28,457 bases of DNA from an uncultured Acidimicrobiia bacterium (GCA_937900165.1 CALCCX010000126.1:1-28457); one strand, 5' to 3'. Counted from the stretch's first letter, positions 7,810 through 15,675 are shown. Numbers and translations: made by a program. The notes: generated from the sequence alone by a model not told the origin.

Positions 7810-8496
7810 ATGGGAGCAGGAGAGGCAAGCGCCGACGGCCAACGGCCCACGGCCGGAGAGCGGGGCCATGCTCGGGCAGTGGTCAATCGACTCGCCAAGC
7901 GATACCCCCAGATCCGAACGGCGCTCGACTACCGGGATCCATACCAACTCCTCGTTTCGACGGTCATCTCGGCCCAGACGACCGATGAGAACGTCAACCG
8001 TGCGACACCAGAGCTCTTCAGACGCTGGCCGACCGCCACAGATCTCGCCGATGCCAACCCCGAAGACGTAGAGCAGGTCATCTTTTCGACCGGTTTCTAC
8101 CGACAGAAAACCCGTTCGATCATCGCTCTCGCCCAGGATCTTCTCGCCAAATTCGACGGGGTGGTGCCTGAGACCCTCGACGACCTGGTGACACTCAAGG
8201 GAGTCGGACGCAAGACGGCCTCCGTGGTACTCGCTGAAGCATTTGATCAGCCGGCAATCGCGGTTGACACCCACGTCAAACGTGTCAGCGGCCGCCTTGG
8301 CATGACGACGGAAACCGACCCGGCGAAGATCGAGCAAGATCTCAAGGCGCTAGTGCCTCGTGATCAATGGGCCAAACTTTCGATGCGCTTGATCCAATAC
8401 GGCCGTGACGTCTGCGACGCCCGCAAGCCCGCCTGCTGGCGGTGCGATCTCCGCCGCCTCTGCCCCCACCAACCCAAAACGCCCAAACCGGACTGA
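7810..8496 (+). CDS. nth: Endonuclease III
   Basis: SAQTTDENVN, helix-hairpin-helix LKGVGRKTA, AVDTH, and the 4Fe-4S motif C-X6-C-X2-C-X5-C. Confidence 0.96.
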   Translation: MGAGEASADGQRPTAGERGHARAVVNRLAKRYPQIRTALDYRDPYQLLVSTVISAQTTDENVNRATPELFRRWPTATDLADANPEDVEQVIFSTGFYRQKTRSIIALAQDLLAKFDGVVPETLDDLVTLKGVGRKTASVVLAEAFDQPAIAVDTHVKRVSGRLGMTTETDPAKIEQDLKALVPRDQWAKLSMRLIQYGRDVCDARKPACWRCDLRRLCPHQPKTPKPD

Positions 8497-8709
8497 ACCA
8501 CAGCCACAGCCACAGCCAATTTTGGCGTGGCAATTGAGCCCTCAAGTTCAGAGTTGGGACCGAACTCGCCCCAACCTCTCCTCCCCCACCCAGCGACTGA
8601 GGCACAGGACCCGGGGGACAGATGTTCGCCAACGCCATGCTCTTCCTGAAATCCGCTTCGTCGAAACAACCAACTCGGCGTCCGTGGCTGTAGCTGAGGC
8701 TGTGGCTCA
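8494..8709. repeat. 216-bp element bounded by 25-bp imperfect inverted repeats made of CCACAG/CTGTGG-type hexamers
   Basis: 8494-8518 TGAACCACAGCCACAGCCACAGCCA versus the reverse complement of 8685-8709, TGAGCCACAGCCTCAGCTACAGCCA: 22 of 25 match. Further nested stems lie inside. Confidence 0.75.
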
Positions 8710-8763
8710 CGGGGTTGCTGCGGTTGACGTCTGGTCCTGTACGAGCATCTAACCTGCGGGCAT

Positions 8764-9321
8764 ATGGATCTGCAAACGCGTATCGCCGAAGAAGCAACCG
8801 TCAAGGGCGACATAGTGCTCGTCGACCACTTTCTCAATCATCGGGTCGACCCTGAGGTGATGCTGGAGGTCGGCAAGCGGGTCAAGGCTCTAGCCGAAGG
8901 CCTTGAACCCGATGTGATCTTGACTGCCGAGGCCAGCGGGATTCCTCCCGCGATGGCCGCTTCGCTGGCCACCGGGATCCCCATGATCTACGCCAAGAAA
9001 TACGTAACCCCGGGCGAACGCACCTCGTATTGGCGCGAAGTCAGCTCCACAACCAAGGGTTTCGAGTACCGAATCGAAGTCCGGGACCACATTTTTTCGG
9101 GCGGGCGGGTACTGATCGTCGACGACTTCCTGAATCAGGGTCGTACCGCATTGGCTCTTGGAGAGATCGTCGAGGAGGCAGGAGGCGAGGTGCTCGGCGT
9201 GGTTTTCGTTGTCGAAAAATCTTGGGTGGGAGGGCGCCAACGCATCGAAGAAAGGGGATGGCCCGTTTGGTCCCTGGTCTCGATCAAGTCGCTGGAAAAC
9301 GGCGAGATGCTGTTCGATTGA
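8764..9321 (+). CDS. xpt: Xanthine phosphoribosyltransferase (purine PRTase)
   Basis: VDHFLNHRVDP, ILTAEASGIPPA, YAKK and the PRPP loop VLIVDDFLNQG. TAACCT -10 box at 8750-8755. Confidence 0.88.
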   Translation: MDLQTRIAEEATVKGDIVLVDHFLNHRVDPEVMLEVGKRVKALAEGLEPDVILTAEASGIPPAMAASLATGIPMIYAKKYVTPGERTSYWREVSSTTKGFEYRIEVRDHIFSGGRVLIVDDFLNQGRTALALGEIVEEAGGEVLGVVFVVEKSWVGGRQRIEERGWPVWSLVSIKSLENGEMLFD

Positions 9322-9342
9322 CCGGTCCGCATCAGACCCTCG

Positions 9343-9356
9343 ACACCGGCCGGTGT
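9343..9356. terminator. Perfect 14-bp palindrome ACACCGGCCGGTGT, possible terminator hairpin or protein-binding site
   Basis: Self-complementary, 22 nt after the xpt stop, between xpt and the candidate antisense-oriented sRNA. No U-tract. Confidence 0.3.
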
Positions 9357-9371
9357 GCCGATTCTTAGGCT

Positions 9372-9529
9372 AAATCCACCGCACGGATCGGCTCCTCGCC
9401 CGCCTCGCCAGTCGTGGCAAGGGATTCTCACGCCGAGCCGGAATCACCCGAAGTGAAAGCCGAAACAAAGCTGAACCTCAGCGGCAGCACGGCCCGCCGG
9501 GCGACTCGCTTCCCTAAGTCGGTGGATCC
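9372..9529 (-). ncRNA. Candidate small structured RNA of unknown family
   Basis: TAGCCT -10 box (9541-9536) sits 6 nt before a G start. The 5' GGAUCCACCG pairs with the 3' CGGUGGAUUU, a nested 7-bp stem follows, and two UUCG-containing loops occur on this strand. No credible ORF. Confidence 0.45.
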
Positions 9530-9567
9530 AGGCTTAGGCTACAGGCCTCCGTGCCGACAGACGCCCC

Positions 9568-10374
9568 ATGGCCAGGAACACGACGGTGGCGCGATACGAT
9601 CTCGTCGACGCAGCATACGATGCCCCCGGTAGTCCGAAGATAGCAAGATCGGTCGTCATTTGTTCCACACCGCGATCCGGCAGCACCCTGCTCGCCGAAT
9701 CTCTCCTGAGTTGCGGAACATTTGGGACCCCAATGGAATATTTCGATTGGGAAGGGAGCGCCGCGATACTCCGTGGTCGGTGGCTCACTCAGGATTTCGA
9801 CGCATACGTCTCGGCCTTACACGCCCATCGAACCGCCTCCAACGGTGTCTTCTCGCTGAAGATTCACTGGAACCAACTTGTCGGTGCCGCCCAGCGGGCT
9901 TCGTATAAGCCCAATCAAGCCCCACTCAAGAACTTGCTAGGTCGCATCGCGCCCAACCCTGTCCTGGTACACATCACTCGCGATGATCGGGTGGCCCAGG
10001 CCATATCTCTTTACCGAGCGGCGACCACCAACTCTTGGTCGTCGCTATCGGACCACGCGGACGACATAGAACCCCCATATTCTTTTGCAGCGATCGACGG
10101 CTACGTAAAGGCGCTGAGTGCCTGGGAAAAAAACTGGGAGATTCTGTTGACTACCGCCCATCTCCCATATGCCACGATCCGCTACGAGGATCTTGTTGGA
10201 TCCGAAGGGCCGGTCGTCGATGAAATCGCGAGGTTCGCTGGGATTCCCCAGTTGGGGCCTGCTTCGATCGCTCCGCGTTTGCGGCGCCAGGCCAACGAGT
10301 GGAGCAAAGAAACCGCTGCCAGGTACAGAGACGACGCCGGCGCCGACAGCGCCAATCGGTTCACCGACGGGTGA
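9568..10374 (+). CDS. Stf0-family PAPS-dependent sulfotransferase
   Basis: VICSTPRSGSTLL (5'-PSB loop), PMEYF, FSLKIHWNQL, ITRDDRVAQAISLYRA, IRYEDL. Confidence 0.85.
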   Translation: MARNTTVARYDLVDAAYDAPGSPKIARSVVICSTPRSGSTLLAESLLSCGTFGTPMEYFDWEGSAAILRGRWLTQDFDAYVSALHAHRTASNGVFSLKIHWNQLVGAAQRASYKPNQAPLKNLLGRIAPNPVLVHITRDDRVAQAISLYRAATTNSWSSLSDHADDIEPPYSFAAIDGYVKALSAWEKNWEILLTTAHLPYATIRYEDLVGSEGPVVDEIARFAGIPQLGPASIAPRLRRQANEWSKETAARYRDDAGADSANRFTDG

Positions 10375-10663
10375 CCAGGCCTCCTTGTGCCTGCGCAATT
10401 TGCCGATCGCGCTCGACCTTGCGGATGAAGCGGGACAGGATTCGGATTCCGGCAATCAGGGCGAACATCGCCAGAGCCAGACCGGCGGCCAATTCCGGAC
10501 CGGCCGTGTATGGCGTGTCACAGCCTGCCAACCCTCTCGGGCACAGGCCCCATCCAGACCCACCGGACGACAGATCGAGCAGAACGACCAGAGGCACCGT
10601 GGCCACCGCCAAGGCCGCGAGGATCATTCCCATACGAACGGCTCGAAGCCAGAAGATACTCAT
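10361..10663 (-). CDS. Hypothetical two-transmembrane-helix protein
   Basis: 100 aa; two hydrophobic helices flank a loop with two cysteines (GLCPRGLAGCD); basic C-terminal tail; fills the gap between the sulfotransferase and thyA. Confidence 0.7.
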   Translation of the reverse strand: MSIFWLRAVRMGMILAALAVATVPLVVLLDLSSGGSGWGLCPRGLAGCDTPYTAGPELAAGLALAMFALIAGIRILSRFIRKVERDRQIAQAQGGLVTRR

Positions 10664-10849
10664 GATGAATAGAAGCGTAGTGGTGAACGTTTAGGTTCCC
10701 AGGTTGCCCAATGCGTGGCCAGACCCATCCAAGCGCCAGCCGTTCTGATTGGTTACACTGCTGTAATTACCGGAGCCGGCAGCGGCAGCCGGGCAGCACT
10801 TCCCAACGCCACTCGGTTCTTCCCAAGGACCAGGCCCCAGGAGGGCCTC

Positions 10850-11647
10850 GTGCAGCAATATCTCTCGCTTCTCCAGGACGTACTGGTCAATGGCGAGTCT
10901 CGTGAGGACCGCACCGGGACCGGTACCATCGGAGTATTCGGTAGGCAGGTGCGTTATGACCTGGCCGCCGGATTCCCCCTGGTCACAACCAAGAAGGTGC
11001 ATCTCCGTTCGATTGTTCACGAACTCTTGTGGTTCATCGCTGGTGACTCGAACGTGGGTTACCTGCACGACAACGGGGTGAAGATCTGGGACGACTGGGC
11101 CGATCCGGAAACCGGAGACCTGGGCCCGATCTACGGTGTGCAATGGCGATCGTGGCCAACCAGGGACGGGAAGACGGTCGACCAACTAGGCAGAGCGATC
11201 GACCTGATTCGGACCGACCCCATGTCTAGACGGATAATCGTCTCGGCCTGGAATGTCTCCGAAATCGATGATATGGCGCTTCCACCGTGCCATACGATGT
11301 TTCAGTTCCACGTCTCAGATGACCGGCTGAATCTTCAGCTCTATCAGCGGAGCGCCGACTTGTTCCTCGGAGTGCCGTTCAACATCGCCTCCTATGCACT
11401 GCTGTTGGCCATGGTCGCTCAGGTGACCGGCCTGGAGGCGGGCGAGTTCGTTCATACACTCGGCGATGCTCACATCTACTCGAACCATCTGGAGCAGGTC
11501 CACGAACAACTCGGCCGCGAACCAAGGCGGCTACCACACCTGAAGTTGAACGAAGAAGTCAATGACCTCTTCGCATTCACCTTCGACGACATCATGATCG
11601 AGGGTTATGACCCTCACCCATTGATTCGTGCCCCGATCTCGGTGTGA
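10850..11647 (+). CDS. thyA: Thymidylate synthase
   Basis: [26 protein letters not shown] (catalytic Cys), [18 protein letters not shown]. The real start is the GTG at 10850 after CAGGAGG, not 10715. Confidence 0.98.
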   Translation: MQQYLSLLQDVLVNGESREDRTGTGTIGVFGRQVRYDLAAGFPLVTTKKVHLRSIVHELLWFIAGDSNVGYLHDNGVKIWDDWADPETGDLGPIYGVQWRSWPTRDGKTVDQLGRAIDLIRTDPMSRRIIVSAWNVSEIDDMALPPCHTMFQFHVSDDRLNLQLYQRSADLFLGVPFNIASYALLLAMVAQVTGLEAGEFVHTLGDAHIYSNHLEQVHEQLGREPRRLPHLKLNEEVNDLFAFTFDDIMIEGYDPHPLIRAPISV

Positions 11648-11727
11648 GTCGCTGCTTTGCTTGGCCCGCTTCAGGTCGCTGACCGCTGATTCGGCGCTGA
11701 TCATCGCCGGTCGGCTACCGACTCACA

Positions 11728-11937
11728 TCATGAGAGCGGGATTCTGAGAACCAAATGGTCATGGTCGACCTGCCACGATGCCCGCCCGACCAGCAGGTAG
11801 TCCTGGTAGTCGGTCTCGGCCCGTGCGATGAACTGTTTCCGAGCCTCGCCCTCGACCGGCGGCATGGGCCGGTCTTTGACCGCGTCGGATCGTTCTCTGA
11901 ATCGCTCTAGCATCGCGTCCACATCAAAGTCGGCCAT
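11728..11937 (-). CDS. Small hypothetical protein (69 aa)
   Basis: ATG preceded by AAAGGGA and a TAGAAT -10 box (11970-11965); natural-looking composition. No family recognised. Confidence 0.75.
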   Translation of the reverse strand: MADFDVDAMLERFRERSDAVKDRPMPPVEGEARKQFIARAETDYQDYLLVGRASWQVDHDHLVLRIPLS

Positions 11938-12076
11938 CGTCCCTTTCTGTTCGGTCTGAGAAGGATTCTAGAGCCGGGCGCCCTCCTCCCATTGTGACCG
12001 CCCTGGCTGAACCTTGCCTAGGGTTGATCCCACACTACGTTTGGTCATCCGCACCGCAACGAGGAGGGGCGAATCG

Positions 12077-12133
12077 ATGAGAAGTGAGTTCGCCTTGTCT
12101 ATCGGCGGGTTCGTTGCCGAGATACGATCTTGA
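12077..12133 (+). CDS. Candidate 18-aa upstream ORF (MRSEFALSIGGFVAEIRS) coupled to the MttB-family gene
   Basis: GAGGAGG at 12061-12067, 9 nt before the ATG; its TGA overlaps the TTG start of the next gene (TTGA). Confidence 0.3.
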   Translation: MRSEFALSIGGFVAEIRS

Positions 12134-13653
12134 GAGACCGTACAAGGCGTCGACGCCGAAGCCGCCGTCCGGAACCGGCAGCAGGTCAGTCTGTGGGACA
12201 GCCCCGCGTGTCAATTCCCCTTTATGAGATGGCCAACGGCAGCCAACTCGATCAGATCCACCAGGTCTCGATGCGAATCCTCGAAGAAGCCGGAATCGCG
12301 TTCTACGACCCGATCGCGCTGGAGACCCTCCGAGCTGCCGGCGCCTCGATCGACGACGAATCCGTTGTCCGATTCGACCGCTCGATGATTGAAGAACTGG
12401 TGGCCGCTTCGCCCACCAGCTTCGCCTGGGGAGCAAGGAACCCCTCCAAGTCGGTGGAGATCGGCGGAGACCTCGTGGCGTTCGGACCGGTGGCCGGACC
12501 CCCATACATACAGGACATCGATGGAGGGAGGAGGCTTGGAACCTACGCAGACCTCGTCGATCTGATCAAGCTCACGGTGGCAACTCCGAATCTGAACACT
12601 CAGGGAACCGAGATTGTCGCCCCCAACGACATCCCCTTTCATGAACGCGCCCTCGACATCACCTACGCCCATCTGGCGTATGGCGACAAACCGATCATGG
12701 GCCAATACCCGATCGGTCTCGCCGCAGCCGACAGCGTGTGCCTGGCGAGGATTGTTTTTGGCGATCGCATGGACCGCGAACACATGCTCATGGCGGTGAT
12801 CAACGTTTCGAGTCCTCGGCGCCTCGACAACCGAATGCTTGGCAGTCTGCGGGCGTACGCCGAAGCCAACCAGGGTGTGATCATTACACCCTTTGTGCTG
12901 GCTGGAGCGATGGGCCCTGCCAGCATTCTCGGCTCGGTCGCCCAGGCAAATGCCGAGGCACTCGCGACCATTGCCTACGCCCAACTGGTGCGACCGGGTA
13001 CGCCGTGTGTGTACGGGCCGTTTCTGGCGACGGTCGACCTCCAGAGCGGAGCGCCGGTCATGGGAGCCGCAGAATCTGCGTTGGCGCAGCTACTGCTTGG
13101 ACAGTTGGCCAGACGATACGAACTGCCTCTGCGAGCCGCAGGTGCGTATTCGAGTTCGAAGTTGCCAGACATGCAGGCCGGGGTCGAGGCCGTGATGTCT
13201 CTATTTCCCGCGATGCTGTCAAAGCCGAACTTCGTACTCCACGCAGCCGGGTGGTTGGAGAACGGACTCACCACCAGCCTCGAGAAATTCGCCTTCGATG
13301 TCGACCTCCTTGGTGTGATGTTGCGTCTCATCCGTGGCGTCAGCTGGGACGAGGACGAATGGGCATTGGATTCGATTCTCGACGAGGTCCCACCGGGCGG
13401 GCATCATCTCGGAACCGCCCACACTTTGGCGAGATTCCGCACGGCCTTCCACCGGCCGGAGCTGTTCGATTACTCATCGTGGGAACAGTGGCACGAGGCA
13501 GGCGACCACTCCGCCGCCGCCAGGGCGACCAATGGGTGGAGAGCACTGATGGATCAATATCAGCAGCCGAAGCTCGACGACGCAGTCGAAGAAGAACTCC
13601 AGTCCTTCATGCGCGAACGACGCAAGACAATGCACCCATCAGACTACGAATGA
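12130..13653 (+). CDS. Trimethylamine methyltransferase (MttB) superfamily, non-pyrrolysine member
   Basis: Arg-rich N-terminus, IHQVSMRILEEAGI, INVSSPRRLD, ITPFVLAGAMGPASILG, SSKLPDMQAG, HAAGWLENGLT, GHHLGTAHTL. No in-frame amber codon. Confidence 0.92.
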   Translation: MRDRTRRRRRSRRPEPAAGQSVGQPRVSIPLYEMANGSQLDQIHQVSMRILEEAGIAFYDPIALETLRAAGASIDDESVVRFDRSMIEELVAASPTSFAWGARNPSKSVEIGGDLVAFGPVAGPPYIQDIDGGRRLGTYADLVDLIKLTVATPNLNTQGTEIVAPNDIPFHERALDITYAHLAYGDKPIMGQYPIGLAAADSVCLARIVFGDRMDREHMLMAVINVSSPRRLDNRMLGSLRAYAEANQGVIITPFVLAGAMGPASILGSVAQANAEALATIAYAQLVRPGTPCVYGPFLATVDLQSGAPVMGAAESALAQLLLGQLARRYELPLRAAGAYSSSKLPDMQAGVEAVMSLFPAMLSKPNFVLHAAGWLENGLTTSLEKFAFDVDLLGVMLRLIRGVSWDEDEWALDSILDEVPPGGHHLGTAHTLARFRTAFHRPELFDYSSWEQWHEAGDHSAAARATNGWRALMDQYQQPKLDDAVEEELQSFMRERRKTMHPSDYE

Positions 13654-13683
13654 AGATCCCTGTGTTCGCCCCGATGATCCACC

Positions 13684-14532
13684 GTGCCGGCTGATCCCAA
13701 ACTCGTCATCGTGTCCGGCAAGGGCGGGGTGGGAAAGTCAGCGGTGGCTGCGGCCAAAGCAATGGCAGCCGCCAGGGCGGGGCAGCGGGTGCTGGCTCTG
13801 TCGGCGACCACCTCACCAGGGCTTGGCCATCACCTGGCCGCACCCGAATTGAGTTTCAAACCAACCGAGATCGAGCCTGGCCTGCACGCAGCGTCCATCA
13901 ACCTCGGCGAGGCCCTCCAGGAGTATCTCCGTTTGCAGTTGAACGTCCCCACCCCTCGATTCGGCATCGTCGCCAGAGCGTTTGAGGTTCTCGCCAACAC
14001 GGCGCCTGGCGTCCGCGAAATCATCACGATAGGCAAAGCGATAAATGACTCAGAGAGTGGAACTTGGGATGTGGTGATCGTCGATGCTCCGCCCACCGGC
14101 CAGATCGCTTCATTCATCCGGGCACCTCGCACCGTCGGCGAGTTGGCGCCAACCGGCCGGGTCCTCCAACAATCCGCATGGATGGAGTCGGTACTGGCCG
14201 CAGCGACAACCGAGGTCGTCCTCGTCACCTTGCTGGAAGAACTACCAATCACCGAAACCGACGAAGCCATCGCCGAGCTGGCCGGTCTTGGCCTGACCCG
14301 GACTCCGATAGTGCTGGCCAACCGGGTGCTAGAGCCCCTCCCGATCGGCTCCGACGTCCTGGCCGGTATGTCCGATGGACCACACCGGGCAGCGGCGGAA
14401 CTTCACTCGGCGTTACAGGAGGGCCAAACCGAGTGGGCAGACCGTATCGAGATCGATGGCACGCTCCCCTACCTGTTTGGCATCCTGACTCCGACCGAGG
14501 TTGCGGCCCGGCTCCTGGACGAGCTGCGATGA
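13684..14532 (+). CDS. ArsA/Get3-like ATPase, first subunit (Rv3679/BagA-like)
   Basis: Deviant Walker A GKGGVGKS, APGVREIITIGK, WDVVIVDAPPTG, VTLLEELP, ANRV. Confidence 0.88.
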   Translation: MPADPKLVIVSGKGGVGKSAVAAAKAMAAARAGQRVLALSATTSPGLGHHLAAPELSFKPTEIEPGLHAASINLGEALQEYLRLQLNVPTPRFGIVARAFEVLANTAPGVREIITIGKAINDSESGTWDVVIVDAPPTGQIASFIRAPRTVGELAPTGRVLQQSAWMESVLAAATTEVVLVTLLEELPITETDEAIAELAGLGLTRTPIVLANRVLEPLPIGSDVLAGMSDGPHRAAAELHSALQEGQTEWADRIEIDGTLPYLFGILTPTEVAARLLDELR

Positions 14533-15596
14533 GCCGAGCAATTCTGGTGACGGGAGGGGGAGGCGTCGGGAAAACCACCATATCGGCAGCACTTGGGGTG
14601 GCGGCAGCGAGGGCCGGCCTGCGAACGCTGGTGGTCACAGTCGATCCAGCCAAACGACTGGCAGACGCGCTGGGAGTCGAGGACCTCGGCTCAGAGCCCA
14701 CCCCTAACGACAGTGTCGAAAATCTCTGGGCGGCAATGCTCGATGCGACCTCGTCCTGGAACTCGATAGCTCGACGCCATGCCCCGCCTGACGTTGCGGA
14801 ACGCCTGGTGGAAAACGAATTCTTCAAAGCGATTTCTCGGCAGTTCCCTGCCTCGCAGGCGTACGCGGCAGCAGAGGAGATGGCCAATTTCCTGGATGCC
14901 AAGGTGTGGGATCTGGTCATCGTCGACACACCACCGTCTTCGGGGGGCATCGAGTTCTTCTCTGCACCAAAGGACATGCGAGATTTTGTCGGCGGACGGC
15001 TACTGCGATGGCTGACCGGAGCGAGGCTGCCAGGGCGCAAGCTGGTTTTCAACGTGACCGGCAAGCCGGCGCTACGGATCGCGGGTTCAGTGCTCGGCAC
15101 CGATTTGCTCGAGCGGGTCGTGGACTTCCTGATGGACCTACGGACGACCTACGACGGCCTTGCCGGCCGAGCGAAACAGATCGAACGCCATTTCCGAGCG
15201 GCTACCTTGATCGTCGTGACCACCAGCGATCCTGCGCCGCTGCGCGAAGCCGGTCGCTTCTTCAGAGAACTTCCCAAAGCAGCACCATCACCTTCGGTCG
15301 TGGTCTTCAACCGGGTGCTCCCCACGGATTGGGGCCAGGCCGGGAATCTAAGGGCGAGCAAAGCCACTGCATCGTCCGACAACCTCGGCCGAGTAGAGAC
15401 GCGCACGCTGGAACGCAACCTCGAAAGGTGGGCCGCAGACGCCGCGCACCAGGCAGAGGTGCGTGATTCCTTCGCTCGAGGCTACGAGGTCCCTTTGGCA
15501 ACGATCGCCTGGCAGACGACAGCCCCAACCGACCTCGACTCCCTGGCTGCCCTCGTCGACACGGCCGGCGGCTTCGACCTCACCGGCCTGTTGTGA
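14529..15596 (+). CDS. ArsA/Get3-like ATPase, second subunit (Rv3680/BagB-like)
   Basis: ATG at 14529 overlaps the previous stop (ATGA); TGGGGVGKTT, VTVDPAKRLADALG, WDLVIVDTPP, VFNRV. Confidence 0.9.
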   Translation: MSRAILVTGGGGVGKTTISAALGVAAARAGLRTLVVTVDPAKRLADALGVEDLGSEPTPNDSVENLWAAMLDATSSWNSIARRHAPPDVAERLVENEFFKAISRQFPASQAYAAAEEMANFLDAKVWDLVIVDTPPSSGGIEFFSAPKDMRDFVGGRLLRWLTGARLPGRKLVFNVTGKPALRIAGSVLGTDLLERVVDFLMDLRTTYDGLAGRAKQIERHFRAATLIVVTTSDPAPLREAGRFFRELPKAAPSPSVVVFNRVLPTDWGQAGNLRASKATASSDNLGRVETRTLERNLERWAADAAHQAEVRDSFARGYEVPLATIAWQTTAPTDLDSLAALVDTAGGFDLTGLL

Positions 15597-15675
15597 TCCT
15601 CACACAAGCTCTTGTCCGCCCCTCTACATCCCGCACCGCTGGCCGCGACAGATAGCGGACGCCGGAAGCCGTGAG

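Noticed and set aside
8497-8763. Purine or xanthine riboswitch upstream of xpt
   Set aside because: No guanine-riboswitch core is visible, and a -10 box 8 nt before the ATG suggests xpt is near-leaderless.
8342-8837. ORF-track peptides spanning the nth-xpt gap (8342-8797, 8364-8837, 8405-8752)
   Set aside because: They overlap real genes, and their WLWLW, PQPQ and AVAVA runs are simply the hexamer repeats read in different frames.
9400-9470. ZTP riboswitch fragment (GACTGGCGA, minus strand) and hammerhead fragment (CGAAAC, plus strand)
   Set aside because: The partner elements (GGGAGC and GCCTGGGC for ZTP; CTGANGA for hammerhead) are absent.
9568-10374. Lower GC in the sulfotransferase gene as proof of horizontal transfer
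   Set aside because: Spot counts of a few 60-mers gave 52-57 percent GC, but a trpE line gave 52 percent too; a proper sliding-window and codon-usage analysis is needed.
1836-13653. A unified folate/one-carbon island (ygfZ, xpt, thyA, mttB)
   Set aside because: The genes lie on different strands with separate promoters and unrelated genes in between; no shared motif ties them together.
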